Assembly (NCBI GenBank): GCA_965140585.1
Contig: OZ223268.1
Location: 133,221-197,220, forward strand
Length of the DNA: 64,000 bases
Direction: 5' to 3'
Source of the DNA: Spirochaetia bacterium
GTDB taxonomy: Bacteria; Spirochaetota; Spirochaetia; UBA9216
Part shown: positions 21,256 through 30,974 of the stretch, piece after piece
How the letters are laid out: every line of letters starts with the position of its first letter
Position numbering within the stretch: the stretch's first letter is position 1
The notes under the pieces: generated by a model
Database searches by the model: none
What the model saw: the letters and a program-made list of their open reading frames with translations, nothing else
Told to the model about the DNA's origin: nothing
Made by a program: the position numbers and the translations under genes

Positions 21256-21376
21256 AAAGGCCTCCTGTGATTTTTGTTTTCACAAAATCACTTGATCACT
21301 AATAAATTGAATTAAACACACTCTTTCACAATGTTATTTTCTTGATACCTCCAGGGGCTCTCTTTTCTTTATGAGC

Positions 21377-21411
21377 AAAAAAAAAGAGAAGTATTCTGAC
21401 ACTACTTCTCT
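21377..21411 (-). terminator. Leader intrinsic terminator between hutP and the CoA-transferase (attenuator)
   Basis: Sense AGAGAAGTA-GTGTCAGAA-TACTTCTCT followed by 8 more T; two UAG triplets overlap its 5' arm. Confidence 0.8.
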
Positions 21412-21480
21412 AATACACGCGTTAATAAAATTTCACTACAGGGACTGAACACTAATACACACTAAATTTTTTCAGTCCTG
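21402..21480 (-). promoter_or_regulatory. Putative HutP-binding RNA element (UAG repeats plus upstream hairpin)
   Basis: Five UAG at 21462, 21452, 21436, 21410, 21402 (four as UAGUG); repeated GUGUAUUAG; hairpin CAGGACTGAA/TTCAGTCCCTG with two UAG in its loop. Confidence 0.6.
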
Positions 21481-21498
21481 TTTATACACAAATAAAAA

Positions 21499-21921
21499 TT
21501 ATTTTAAATGCATAACCCCAAGCGCACACCGCTCATGGTTTGTTATTGGATAGAAGGCGGAATCACCGTAAATCGCAACGGCAACCCATTCCTCATTTGT
21601 TACAATGCCCACCTTAAGTTTCAGGCTGGCCTCTGCCGGAACACTGCTGATAACACCGTTAAGCGCTTCAAGAGCAGCATGAAGAACAGCATGAACCTGC
21701 GTTCCGTTTTTTTTGATCAATCCATTCTGAAGCGAACAACCGACGATTGATTTTACAAAACTCTTCTTGATATCGGAGGTCAGACCGGTAATAAAAGTCA
21801 CCGCAAGTTTTTCCTTTCCGATAGTGTTATTGACTTCAGCCTTAATCTGGCGCTCTTCTTCTTCATCAGACATAGCAGCAAGAAGTGCCATTTTTCCAAT
21901 ACGATCTGTATTCAGCTTCAT
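21499..21921 (-). CDS. hutP: HutP-family RNA-binding antiterminator
   Basis: RIGKMALL, HAVLHAALEALNGV, EWVAVAIYG, HERCALGVMHL parallel B. subtilis HutP (RIGRLSVL, HALYHATMEALHGV, DWIAVSLYG, HETFGVGINHI); three metal-binding His kept. Confidence 0.88.
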   Translation of the reverse strand: MKLNTDRIGKMALLAAMSDEEEERQIKAEVNNTIGKEKLAVTFITGLTSDIKKSFVKSIVGCSLQNGLIKKNGTQVHAVLHAALEALNGVISSVPAEASLKLKVGIVTNEEWVAVAIYGDSAFYPITNHERCALGVMHLK

Positions 21922-21929
21922 GTTTAGTC

Positions 21930-21959
21930 ATACTACACTCGGAAATGCACAATTGTCAA
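21930..21959 (-). promoter_or_regulatory. Sigma-70-type promoter of hutP, probably leaderless transcript
   Basis: TTGACA-18 bp-TAGTAT, then 8 nt to ATG; no SD. Confidence 0.55.
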
Positions 21960-22027
21960 TAAAAAAACTAAAGCTATCGGGATTTTTTTATCTATATATT
22001 CTGGTTTAAATTGTTGATTTTAACTTT

Positions 22028-24217
22028 TCAGGGTTGAAATCGACCTGGAATCCTAATACGAAAAACAGTCCCCTGCCCCGGTTCCGAATCGACTGCAATA
22101 TATCCATCGAGTGTATCAATAATATTTTTCACAATTGCAAGACCAAGCCCCATTCCGCGATGTATTTTAGTATAAATATTTTCAAGTTGCTGGAAAGGCT
22201 GAAAAATAAGCGGAAGATCCTCCTTCTTAATTCCGGGCCCTTCATCCGCTATTTCAAGAATCAGCTCATCAGCCGATTCTATTATGCTGCAGGTAATCTT
22301 TCCATTCTCTGAATATTTTATTGCATTTGTAATAAGGTTGTTTACTATCTGAGCAATACGGGTTTCATCACCGTAGAAAAAACCTGATTTATATTTTTTG
22401 CAAGCCGACAGGTGAAGATCCTTTTTTTCCAGAGAATCACTGAATATTTCAGAAGCAAGCATACCGATATTATTCAGTTTGAAAACCTGTTTACTGATAG
22501 AAATTTTACCAATGCTGAACTGGGTAAAATTCAAAAGATCCTCAATTATTGTTTTTAGATTATCGGTAGAAACAAGGGCAAGATTGTACCACTCTTGTTC
22601 TTCTGTATTAAAAGAAACTCCTGCCAGAAGCCTTAGCATGCCGTAGACTCCGTTAAGCGGAGTCCGCAGTTCATGACTGATATTTGCAAGAAAATCATTT
22701 TTTACCCGAAGTGCTGTTTCAGCCTTGATTCTTGCGTGTTCTATCTGTTCTGAAATTTTGATTTTTTCAGTTACATCATGTATGATTGCATAAAGATATT
22801 CATGGCTGCCGGCATTCAGACGCCCGCTGAATAACTCTATATGCCGGGTATCTCTTTTTGCAAGCTTGATCCTCATTGTTTTGCCTGATAATTCATCAAA
22901 CTTAAAAAAACCTTCTTCAATATTTTCTTCATCGGCAAGCAGATTGTAAAGTGAGAGATTTTTCAGTGCATTTTCAGGATAACCAAGATAATCCACAGCA
23001 GCCTGATTCAAATCAATTATTCTGCTTGTAACCGGTTCGAATAAAATAATGACTGATGTGTTATCATAAAAAAGGCTTCTGTATTTTAATTCACTTAAAC
23101 GAAGTGCAGATTCAGCCTTTTTCCTGATATTAATATTTATAAGTGAAAACAGAAGTAAAACTGCCATTATACTGAAAATGCTCACCGAACTCAGCACCAG
23201 AGCCTTATTTTCCCTGAGAAAACTGTATGGTCTGTTGATGATTTCAGAATCTTCCGGAAGCTTCCTCAAACTGATTCCAAAGCGTTTCAGTTCCTGATAA
23301 TCAAATATGTAGTGATTATCAGCATCACTCCGGATAGGAATTGAAGCCGGAGATGCACCATCAAGTATTTTTAGAGCAGTTTCTGCGGCACTGATTGCCT
23401 GCTCATAGTGACTAATCACCCTTCCTCCGAAAACACCATCACCGAAACCGTGATACCATAGATGAAAAAGCGGTATTTTAAGATTCTCATAAATTATCTT
23501 CAAACTCTCATTAAAAAGAAGATTATTTCCTTCACTGTCCTGATAGGCAGAAAGCAGAAGTAAACTAGTATCCCGTCCTAAACCGGAGAGAATTGCTGCA
23601 AATTCCTGCCATGTATAATCTTTAAGAGATATTGTTCTGAACTCATATGAAGGAAATTGGTTTTGAAGCTCATTAAAAGCCCTTAAATCAGCAGCTCCGC
23701 TGGTTGTTGCATCGGAAATGGCCGTAATTGTTTCAGTCTGGGGAAAAAGAGAAATCATCAATTCTATAGTATCTTTCATCGATACGGCTTCAATCAGCCC
23801 TGTTACCATCGGGTCATTATTATAACTCAGAGCTTTCTTAATATCATTGACCCCGAAAAAAACTATCGGAACATCGTTAAAAAACTCATTCCGCATACTC
23901 ATACATAAATCAAGCGCATTATCATCTGCAGTTATTACCAAATCATATTCAGGAACATGCTGAAACTTGTAGATAAAAAATTCCCTTCTAAGCTTTATTA
24001 CCTCATCAGTATTAAACCGTTTTGAATCCAGAAATTCCATATCCAGAAGAACATGTTCTTCATCAAGCACTGAACGCAATCCGTCAATCTGATGATTGAA
24101 AGTCGGAAACGAAGGGTTATATGAGCTGATAAATAAAATTCTTTTAAAATGATCATGTGTATAGGCAGGTAGACCAGTAACCAGCATAATCAGAATCAGG
24201 ACACACTTACGGAACAT
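22028..24217 (-). CDS. Sensor histidine kinase (ABC substrate-binding-like periplasmic domain, PAS, HisKA, HATPase)
   Basis: ISSYNP...EFLDSKRF, FLANISHELRTPL, NLITNAIKY, DEGPGI, GMGLGL. Confidence 0.9.
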   Translation of the reverse strand: MFRKCVLILIMLVTGLPAYTHDHFKRILFISSYNPSFPTFNHQIDGLRSVLDEEHVLLDMEFLDSKRFNTDEVIKLRREFFIYKFQHVPEYDLVITADDNALDLCMSMRNEFFNDVPIVFFGVNDIKKALSYNNDPMVTGLIEAVSMKDTIELMISLFPQTETITAISDATTSGAADLRAFNELQNQFPSYEFRTISLKDYTWQEFAAILSGLGRDTSLLLLSAYQDSEGNNLLFNESLKIIYENLKIPLFHLWYHGFGDGVFGGRVISHYEQAISAAETALKILDGASPASIPIRSDADNHYIFDYQELKRFGISLRKLPEDSEIINRPYSFLRENKALVLSSVSIFSIMAVLLLFSLININIRKKAESALRLSELKYRSLFYDNTSVIILFEPVTSRIIDLNQAAVDYLGYPENALKNLSLYNLLADEENIEEGFFKFDELSGKTMRIKLAKRDTRHIELFSGRLNAGSHEYLYAIIHDVTEKIKISEQIEHARIKAETALRVKNDFLANISHELRTPLNGVYGMLRLLAGVSFNTEEQEWYNLALVSTDNLKTIIEDLLNFTQFSIGKISISKQVFKLNNIGMLASEIFSDSLEKKDLHLSACKKYKSGFFYGDETRIAQIVNNLITNAIKYSENGKITCSIIESADELILEIADEGPGIKKEDLPLIFQPFQQLENIYTKIHRGMGLGLAIVKNIIDTLDGYIAVDSEPGQGTVFRIRIPGRFQP

Positions 24218-24315
24218 ACAAAAATTATAAGAAACATGAAACCGTAATGCAATTTTTATTTAATTTCTTCCGGTTTTCCTTGAATTAAATAGAGAATAAC
24301 TCAGTTTAATTCAGT

Positions 24316-25827
24316 ATGCCCACAAACCTTATTTTAGATGATCCAGTTCTGCATACCGCCGCGGAGAGTTTCGGACTGAAATTCCTTTATCCTTATCAAA
24401 GGCTGGTGATTGCAAACATTCTTGAGACTGCAGGCTTTTATAGTTCCGAAACAACCAATAAGGAAACAGATTACCGTTCCAGGCAGATAGTAATTCTTCC
24501 GACCGGTGCAGGCAAAAGCCTCTGCTTCATGCTGCCTTCTCTCCTGCTGTCAGGACCTACACTCATAATCTTCCCGCTTTTATCACTTATATCCGATCAG
24601 AAACGCCGCTGCGATGATGCCGGAATCAGTTCCGCAGCGCTTACCGGAGGACAGAGCAGGAATGAAAGGGATGAAATATTCAGGAATATTGAAAACGGAA
24701 GTCTGCGTATAATACTGACTAATCCGGAAACAGCTCTATCTCCGCCGGTATTCAAGCGTTTGTTGAGGGCCGGGATATCACATCTGGTTTTTGATGAGGT
24801 ACATACAGTATCTGAGTGGGGAGACAGTTTCCGCCCAGTATACCTGGAGTGCCGGAGGCTGATCGCTGAAATGAATATTCCTGTGGTAACAGCATTCACC
24901 GCTACGGCGTCTGAAACCGTGCTGTCCAGGATTATCGAGATACTTTTTCCAGGCGAATCACCTCATATAATATCAGCAAACCCTGACCGTCCCAATATTT
25001 CATACAGCGTTGTTCCCTGCCTGTCAAAAATCCATGAACTTGAAATACAGATAAGAACTGCCTGCAGACCAATCCTGGTCTTTTGCGGAAAAAGAAAGAC
25101 CGCTGAAAAGACAGCTGTGCTTCTGAGGCTCAGACTTTACGAAAAGCAGATTTTTTTCTACCATGCAGGGCTCACAAAGCCGGAAAAAAAGAAGATCGAA
25201 AACTGGTACTTCAGTTCCACCGACGGGATTCTGCTCGCAACAACGGCGTACGGAATGGGTGTGGACAAACCTGATATTCGAACTGTAATACACTATGATC
25301 TTTCACCATCTGTTGAGGCATATCTGCAGGAATCAGGCCGTGCGGGACGTGATCGTGAGCCCGCAGCAGCAGTCCTGCTTTTAAAAAAAACAGATTATCT
25401 ACACCACACCGTCATTGCCCCTGCATCAGAGCTCGACAGCCACTCTTCTTTATCGACGAGGTTCCAAAAGCTGCTTGGATTTGCACTTAACACTTCTAAA
25501 TGCAGGCGTGAATCACTGATGGAGCTGCTCGGAGCGGAACCTGAAGCCTGTTTCGGCTGTGATGTTTGCAGCGGCAGCGCTGTTAAGACCGATAAATGGG
25601 AAAAGCGAATAATCAGTTTTATCAGAAGAAATCGATTGCACTACACACCTGCAGGTGCCGCAGAAAAACTCAGCACCCTGTCTGACGAACTTCAGAAGGA
25701 TGACGCGGAAGAGATGATAGAAGAGCTGCTGCTGACAGGGGCGCTTTCTTTATCAAAGAATGGATTTCTGAAAAAAAGAGAAGGATCTAAGCCCTTCTCT
25801 AAAACAATGATCAATTCAATTGTTTAG
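24316..25827 (+). CDS. recQ: RecQ family ATP-dependent DNA helicase
   Basis: [39 protein letters not shown], Zn-binding CRR...CFGCDVC. Confidence 0.88.
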   Translation: MPTNLILDDPVLHTAAESFGLKFLYPYQRLVIANILETAGFYSSETTNKETDYRSRQIVILPTGAGKSLCFMLPSLLLSGPTLIIFPLLSLISDQKRRCDDAGISSAALTGGQSRNERDEIFRNIENGSLRIILTNPETALSPPVFKRLLRAGISHLVFDEVHTVSEWGDSFRPVYLECRRLIAEMNIPVVTAFTATASETVLSRIIEILFPGESPHIISANPDRPNISYSVVPCLSKIHELEIQIRTACRPILVFCGKRKTAEKTAVLLRLRLYEKQIFFYHAGLTKPEKKKIENWYFSSTDGILLATTAYGMGVDKPDIRTVIHYDLSPSVEAYLQESGRAGRDREPAAAVLLLKKTDYLHHTVIAPASELDSHSSLSTRFQKLLGFALNTSKCRRESLMELLGAEPEACFGCDVCSGSAVKTDKWEKRIISFIRRNRLHYTPAGAAEKLSTLSDELQKDDAEEMIEELLLTGALSLSKNGFLKKREGSKPFSKTMINSIV

Positions 25828-26438
25828 CGCTGCAGTTCTGCCAGATAAATTTCATTTACCTTTTTCCAGTTGATTACTTTGAAAAAATTCTCAATATACT
25901 CCGGGCGCCTGTTCTGATATTTGAGATAGTATGCATGCTCCCAGACATCCAGCCCAAGAACAGGAGTCAGCCCCTCAGAGAGAGGGTTATCCTGATTGGC
26001 CGTGCTGATAACACCTACCTTGCCGTTGCTTTCTGAAACAAGCCAGGCCCAGCCGCTTCCGAATCTTGTGGCGGCAGCATTGGAAAAGGCCGTAACAAAA
26101 CCGGAAAAACCGCCGATATCCCGGGTAATAGCTTCAGCAATTGCGCCATCAGGCGGCCCTCCTGCTTTCGGTGACATTATCTCCCAGAAAAGACTGTGAT
26201 TATAATGTCCGCCCCCGTTATTCTGCACTGCGGTTCGAATATCAGAGGGAAGCTGCTCCAAATCTTTCAAAAGTTTTTCTACAGGCCAGCTGCTGTATTC
26301 TGTTCCTTCAACAGCAGCATTGAGTTTTGACGTGTAACCGGTGTGATGTTTATCATGATGAATCTGCATTGTAGTCTCATCAATATAAGGCTCAAGTGCA
26401 TCGTATGCATATGGTAAATCTGGTGTTGTAAAAGACAT
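25824..26438 (-). CDS. sodA: Mn/Fe superoxide dismutase
   Basis: [44 protein letters not shown]. Confidence 0.93.
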   Translation of the reverse strand: MSFTTPDLPYAYDALEPYIDETTMQIHHDKHHTGYTSKLNAAVEGTEYSSWPVEKLLKDLEQLPSDIRTAVQNNGGGHYNHSLFWEIMSPKAGGPPDGAIAEAITRDIGGFSGFVTAFSNAAATRFGSGWAWLVSESNGKVGVISTANQDNPLSEGLTPVLGLDVWEHAYYLKYQNRRPEYIENFFKVINWKKVNEIYLAELQR

Positions 26439-26569
26439 TTATGTCCTCCTTACTTTTTTATATTACTAATTTACTCATATATTATAAAAAAGTAAAATTT
26501 TCACCCGGCAATAATCATACTTTATGCTAACAGACTGTTCATAATAGTTTTTACAGGGTATTATCGTGA

Positions 26570-27340
26570 TTGATGGAAATTACTGTACTCGGGTCAGGTA
26601 CATCCTGCGGGGTTCCAACAATAAACTGCAGCTGTGATGTCTGCAGTTCCGACGATCCACATGACAACAGAACCAGGGCTTCAATCTGGATACAGTCAGA
26701 GAATCTCTCAATTATCATTGATACTTCAACAGACCTCAGATTCCAGGCCCTGCGGGAACATATAACAGCCCTTGATTGTATTCTAATAACACATGGACAC
26801 GCTGATCATATTCACGGCATGGATGATATACGTCCCTTCTCTTCCATAAGACCGATTCCGGTATATGGAAATGAAATAAGTATAAAAGAGGTTGAAGAAC
26901 GGTTCAGCTACATATTCAAACTTACCCAAAGAGGCGGCGGAAAACCCAGAATCAAACTGAATACAATTCAGCCTGAAGACTATGATCAGGGCTTCAAGGT
27001 CGGTTTATTGAGAATAATCCCAATACCGATGCTGCATGGTAATCTTGAGACTACCGGATACAGGATCGGTGATTTTGCCTATCTATCAGACTGCAGCAGT
27101 ATTCCAGAATCCAGCTTCAAGAAACTTGAGGGTGTAAAATATCTGATAATAGACGGACTCAGGTATCGTGAGCATCCAACACATTTTACAATTCCCAAGG
27201 CTATGGAAGCTGCGAAGAGAATCGGTGCTGAGAAAACATGGTTTACCCATCTTTGTCATGATTTCAGTCATAAACAACTAAAGCAGAAGCTGCCTGACGG
27301 CTTTGCTCCTGCTTTTGACGGGTTAAAAATATATATATGA
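26570..27340 (+). CDS. MBL-fold metallo-hydrolase, PhnP-like
   Basis: LGSGTSCGVP..C.C.VC, THGHADHIHG, AYLSD, HPTHF, THLCH. Confidence 0.88.
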   Translation: MMEITVLGSGTSCGVPTINCSCDVCSSDDPHDNRTRASIWIQSENLSIIIDTSTDLRFQALREHITALDCILITHGHADHIHGMDDIRPFSSIRPIPVYGNEISIKEVEERFSYIFKLTQRGGGKPRIKLNTIQPEDYDQGFKVGLLRIIPIPMLHGNLETTGYRIGDFAYLSDCSSIPESSFKKLEGVKYLIIDGLRYREHPTHFTIPKAMEAAKRIGAEKTWFTHLCHDFSHKQLKQKLPDGFAPAFDGLKIYI

Positions 27341-27357
27341 TTAATAGGTATGCTGGA

Positions 27358-27549
27358 TTAGACTGCTTTCTGAACTTTACCGGATCTGAGGCAACTTGTA
27401 CAAATTTTTACTTTCTGCTTCTTGCCGCCGATCAGGGCCTGGATCTTAACCAGATTGGGTTTCCAGACTCTTCTGGTTTTGTTATGTGCATGGCTGACAT
27501 TATTGCCGCTTACAGTTCCTTTTCCACATATATCACATTTACGGGCCAT
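27358..27549 (-). CDS. rpmB: 50S ribosomal protein L28
   Basis: [10 protein letters not shown]...[19 protein letters not shown]...[11 protein letters not shown]. Confidence 0.97.
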   Translation of the reverse strand: MARKCDICGKGTVSGNNVSHAHNKTRRVWKPNLVKIQALIGGKKQKVKICTSCLRSGKVQKAV

Positions 27550-27617
27550 TATATTCCTACCTTTGCTTGTATACTGGGTCTGTAATCTACCAGAATTTCA
27601 ATTTTATGTAAAGGCAT

Positions 27618-28250
27618 ATGAACGATAGAATAGAAAAGATTTACCAAATACTGAACAGGCTTGCACCGGAACAAATCGTTTTCCTGCAAGCAGATACTAC
27701 CTACAAACTGCTTATAGGGGTCATACTCTCGGCACAGACTACTGACAATCAGGTCAATATTGTACTTCCTGAGCTCTTTAGCCACTACCCTACCCCCGAA
27801 GCTCTGGGAAGGGCTTTCAGAGCTGATGTTGAAGAAATAATACGCTCTACCGGGTTTTACTCTGTGAAAGCTGCCAATATCATCGCAACCGGTAAGATGC
27901 TTGCCGAAGAGTTCGGCTCTGAAGTTCCTGACAATATGGAAAAACTTTTGAAACTTCCGGGGGTCGGAAGAAAAACAGCAAATGTAATACTGGGCGCATG
28001 CTTTAATAAACCGGCGATTATTGTTGACACACATTTTTCAAGAACAGTTAGACGGCTGGGATTCACAGATGAAAAAACTCCTGAAAAAATTGAAGCGGAT
28101 CTAAGAAAAAAAATTGATCCTGATATTCAATACCGTTTTTCAATGCTGTTTAATAAATTCGGAAGAGATTTCTGTAAATCAAGAAAACCGGATTGTATGA
28201 ACTGTCCGGTTAATGAGTACTGTGATTCAGCGGATAAGAATGCATTCTGA
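27618..28250 (+). CDS. nth: Endonuclease III
   Basis: ILSAQTTD, HhH LPGVGRKTANV, VDTH, 4Fe-4S CKSRKPDCMNCPVNEYC. Confidence 0.95.
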   Translation: MNDRIEKIYQILNRLAPEQIVFLQADTTYKLLIGVILSAQTTDNQVNIVLPELFSHYPTPEALGRAFRADVEEIIRSTGFYSVKAANIIATGKMLAEEFGSEVPDNMEKLLKLPGVGRKTANVILGACFNKPAIIVDTHFSRTVRRLGFTDEKTPEKIEADLRKKIDPDIQYRFSMLFNKFGRDFCKSRKPDCMNCPVNEYCDSADKNAF

Positions 28251-28254
28251 TTTT

Positions 28255-28698
28255 TCAGCTGTTGATGGTTTTTTCCCAGTCTGTCCGGGATACAGGTTCG
28301 CCCTTATCAAGAATACCTGTTATATATGTACTGCAGTTTTTGAAACGTTCAGCGGTGTCTGAATCTATTACATGCTCGATATTACAGGCCTGTTCAACGG
28401 CTCTGGAATGCGGAAGCAGCAGAATCTTTTCAAGAAACTCAACAAGAACAGAATGCTTGTTAAAGATATCTTCTGCAGCAGTCTTTCCTTCATCAGTGAG
28501 GCTGATAAAAGAGTTTTTTTCGTAATTTACCAGCCCCTTATCACGAAGGTTTTTCAATGCGCCTGTTACTGAAGGCATCTGAACATTTAAATGGGCTGCA
28601 ATGTCTCTTACCCGGGCTACACGGTGCCGGTTTTCAAGGATAAGGATTGCTTCGAGATAATCTTCAAGACTTGGTGAAAGAGATTTACATTCAGCCAT
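28255..28698 (-). CDS. DtxR/MntR family metal-dependent regulator
   Basis: SLEDYLEAI, ARVRDIA, PSVT, ACNIEH. Confidence 0.9.
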   Translation of the reverse strand: MAECKSLSPSLEDYLEAILILENRHRVARVRDIAAHLNVQMPSVTGALKNLRDKGLVNYEKNSFISLTDEGKTAAEDIFNKHSVLVEFLEKILLLPHSRAVEQACNIEHVIDSDTAERFKNCSTYITGILDKGEPVSRTDWEKTINS

Positions 28699-28742
28699 AA
28701 TGATAATAATATATAGGATAAAAGAGAGAGAATAAAGTCTTT

Positions 28743-30392
28743 ATGAAAGGAATATCTGAAAAAACCAGCAAAAAGCTTAACGAACTGCGGCAAGGTTACT
28801 TTTCTAAGCTGCCCCGAAGATTCAATGAGATAAAAACACTGTCCTCACAGGCCGTTTCAGCCCAGTCGGATTACGAGGTAATGGCCAGCCTGAAAATGGC
28901 CCTCCACAAGATTGCAGGCTCTGCAGCAACCTTCGGTATAAACCGGCTGACCGAAACAGCAGGAAAATTTGAAATACTGATAGAAACAATTATCGGTTCA
29001 GGCGCTAAAATTGACCAGGCTGCGACAAAACTGATTCATCAGTATCTGCTGGAAATGAGAGAAATCTGCGCTGATCCTGAAAAATACTCTGAAAATACAG
29101 GTCTGGATGAAGATGGCAATGAAACCGGAAGCGGAACCGAAAAAAAGATAGTCTTTGTTCTCGGCGAGAAAGATTCTGTTGCAAAGGATCTATCTGAACA
29201 GCTTGGCTACTTCGGCTACCATGTCGAGATACTCAAAAGCTTCTCAGCTCTAAAAGAACATATGGAAGCGGCAGACAATGAACTGCTTATTCTCAACTCT
29301 TCAATAATAGAAAACAACCCGAAAACTGCAGATGTTGTTAAAAATATAAAATACGATTACAAACGCCAGCTTGGAATTATCTTTTTTTCCTATAAAGATA
29401 ACTTTGACATCAGACTGGACTGTGTTAAAGCCGGAGGTGATGATTTCTTTACGGTTCCTCTGGATGTCAGCAGGCTTATAGACAGGGTTGATTCACTTAC
29501 TAAGGATGAAAATACCCACCCTTTTCATATTCTGATAATTGATGATGATCCTGAACAGGTATCGTACTATGCACTCCTGCTGCAGCAGGCCGGAATGATT
29601 ACATCAGTGGCATCGGATCCGCGGAAAGTTCTGGACATAATGGCTGAATCAAAGCCAGATCTGATTCTAATGGATATGTATATGCCCGGATGTGACGGTC
29701 CCGAGCTAGCTTCAATTATCAGGCAGCAGGAAGCATTTCTCAGTATCCCGATTGTATACCTCAGCTATGAGTCCAACAAGGAGATTCAGCTTGAGGCTAT
29801 GAGAACCGGCGGTGACGACTTCCTTACCAAACCTATAAAGGCACATCATCTTATCACCTCGGTTATGGCAAAAGCCGAAAGAACCAGAAGCCTTCGATAT
29901 TTCATGGAGCGCGATTCACTTACCGGTCTGTTAAACCACACAAATACAAAAGAATCGCTTGCTAATGAGGTGTTAAGGGCTGAACGATCAGAGGGGAATA
30001 TGTGTTTTGCGATGATCGATATAGATCATTTTAAAAAGGTCAATGATGAGCATGGTCATATGACCGGTGACAGGGTTCTTAAAAGCCTTTCGAGGCTGCT
30101 TCAGGACCGGCTGCGCAGAACTGATATTATAGGACGCTACGGCGGTGAGGAATTCGCTGTAATTCTGATTAACACTGATATTGCAAATGCTACACGGATA
30201 ATGGATAAGATAAGGCAGAACTTCAGTCAGATACGGCAGATTTCAGGAGAGGGCGATTTCTACGTCACCTTCAGCTGTGGAATTGCATCCTTCCCTACCT
30301 TCCGAGGGGCATCTGAACTCAACAGTGCAGCAGACCAGGCCTTATACAAGGCTAAGGATAAGGGTCGTAACCAGATAGCTACTGCCGGCTGA
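28743..30392 (+). CDS. Hpt-REC-REC-GGDEF diguanylate cyclase
   Basis: HKIAGSAATFG (Hpt), pseudo-REC, REC (IIDDD, LMDMYMP), RYGGEEF with RRTD I-site. Confidence 0.9.
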   Translation: MKGISEKTSKKLNELRQGYFSKLPRRFNEIKTLSSQAVSAQSDYEVMASLKMALHKIAGSAATFGINRLTETAGKFEILIETIIGSGAKIDQAATKLIHQYLLEMREICADPEKYSENTGLDEDGNETGSGTEKKIVFVLGEKDSVAKDLSEQLGYFGYHVEILKSFSALKEHMEAADNELLILNSSIIENNPKTADVVKNIKYDYKRQLGIIFFSYKDNFDIRLDCVKAGGDDFFTVPLDVSRLIDRVDSLTKDENTHPFHILIIDDDPEQVSYYALLLQQAGMITSVASDPRKVLDIMAESKPDLILMDMYMPGCDGPELASIIRQQEAFLSIPIVYLSYESNKEIQLEAMRTGGDDFLTKPIKAHHLITSVMAKAERTRSLRYFMERDSLTGLLNHTNTKESLANEVLRAERSEGNMCFAMIDIDHFKKVNDEHGHMTGDRVLKSLSRLLQDRLRRTDIIGRYGGEEFAVILINTDIANATRIMDKIRQNFSQIRQISGEGDFYVTFSCGIASFPTFRGASELNSAADQALYKAKDKGRNQIATAG

Positions 30393-30948
30393 CAGGCTTG
30401 ATGTAACACTCATCAAGATATTCAACAACCACATCTTCCCACCATTTGAGCGTATCAACAGACAGCTTTAAACTGCACAAGCGGCAGCTTTTCCATTTTT
30501 TTATATTATTAGAAAGAGCGTCAATACGGGCTTTCAGGATCGGCAGAACACTTCCCGCACCGCTCTCATTCAAATCAGCCATATAGAGTCCTTCGCAGGA
30601 GCCTAAAATAGAATTATCAGGATTACCATCTGCAATCTGAGCAGCAATCCCCGAGAAAAAGCCGTAATCGTTCTCCCAGCCAATCGACAGCCGATTCTGC
30701 TTCTCATTAATTAGATTAAAAACGATACCGGATGAAGGGAAGCCTGAGATTTCAAGTTTTCCCAAATTTACTGCGGTGACAGCTTGTACTACAGGAACCA
30801 TCGGAGTTAGCGCCCAGGCAGAAATAACACCCGTGGTATAGAAGAGATCTTTCTTTAAGCGCAGAATTTCCATCTCGATATGATTCTGAGGTACTGCTGC
30901 AAGTAAAAATAATTCTTTTTTCATAATTCTGTATTTGCTATGAATCAT
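30379..30948 (-). CDS. Hypothetical protein
   Basis: 189-aa ORF filling the gap between two clear genes; no motif recognised. Confidence 0.5.
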   Translation of the reverse strand: MIHSKYRIMKKELFLLAAVPQNHIEMEILRLKKDLFYTTGVISAWALTPMVPVVQAVTAVNLGKLEISGFPSSGIVFNLINEKQNRLSIGWENDYGFFSGIAAQIADGNPDNSILGSCEGLYMADLNESGAGSVLPILKARIDALSNNIKKWKSCRLCSLKLSVDTLKWWEDVVVEYLDECYIKPVSRQ

Positions 30949-30974
30949 ACCCTGTTTATGTTAGAATATACAAT

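Noticed and set aside
25824-28698. Possible MntR control of sodA
   Set aside because: Genes are near each other but not adjacent, and no convincing DtxR/MntR palindrome was found upstream of sodA.
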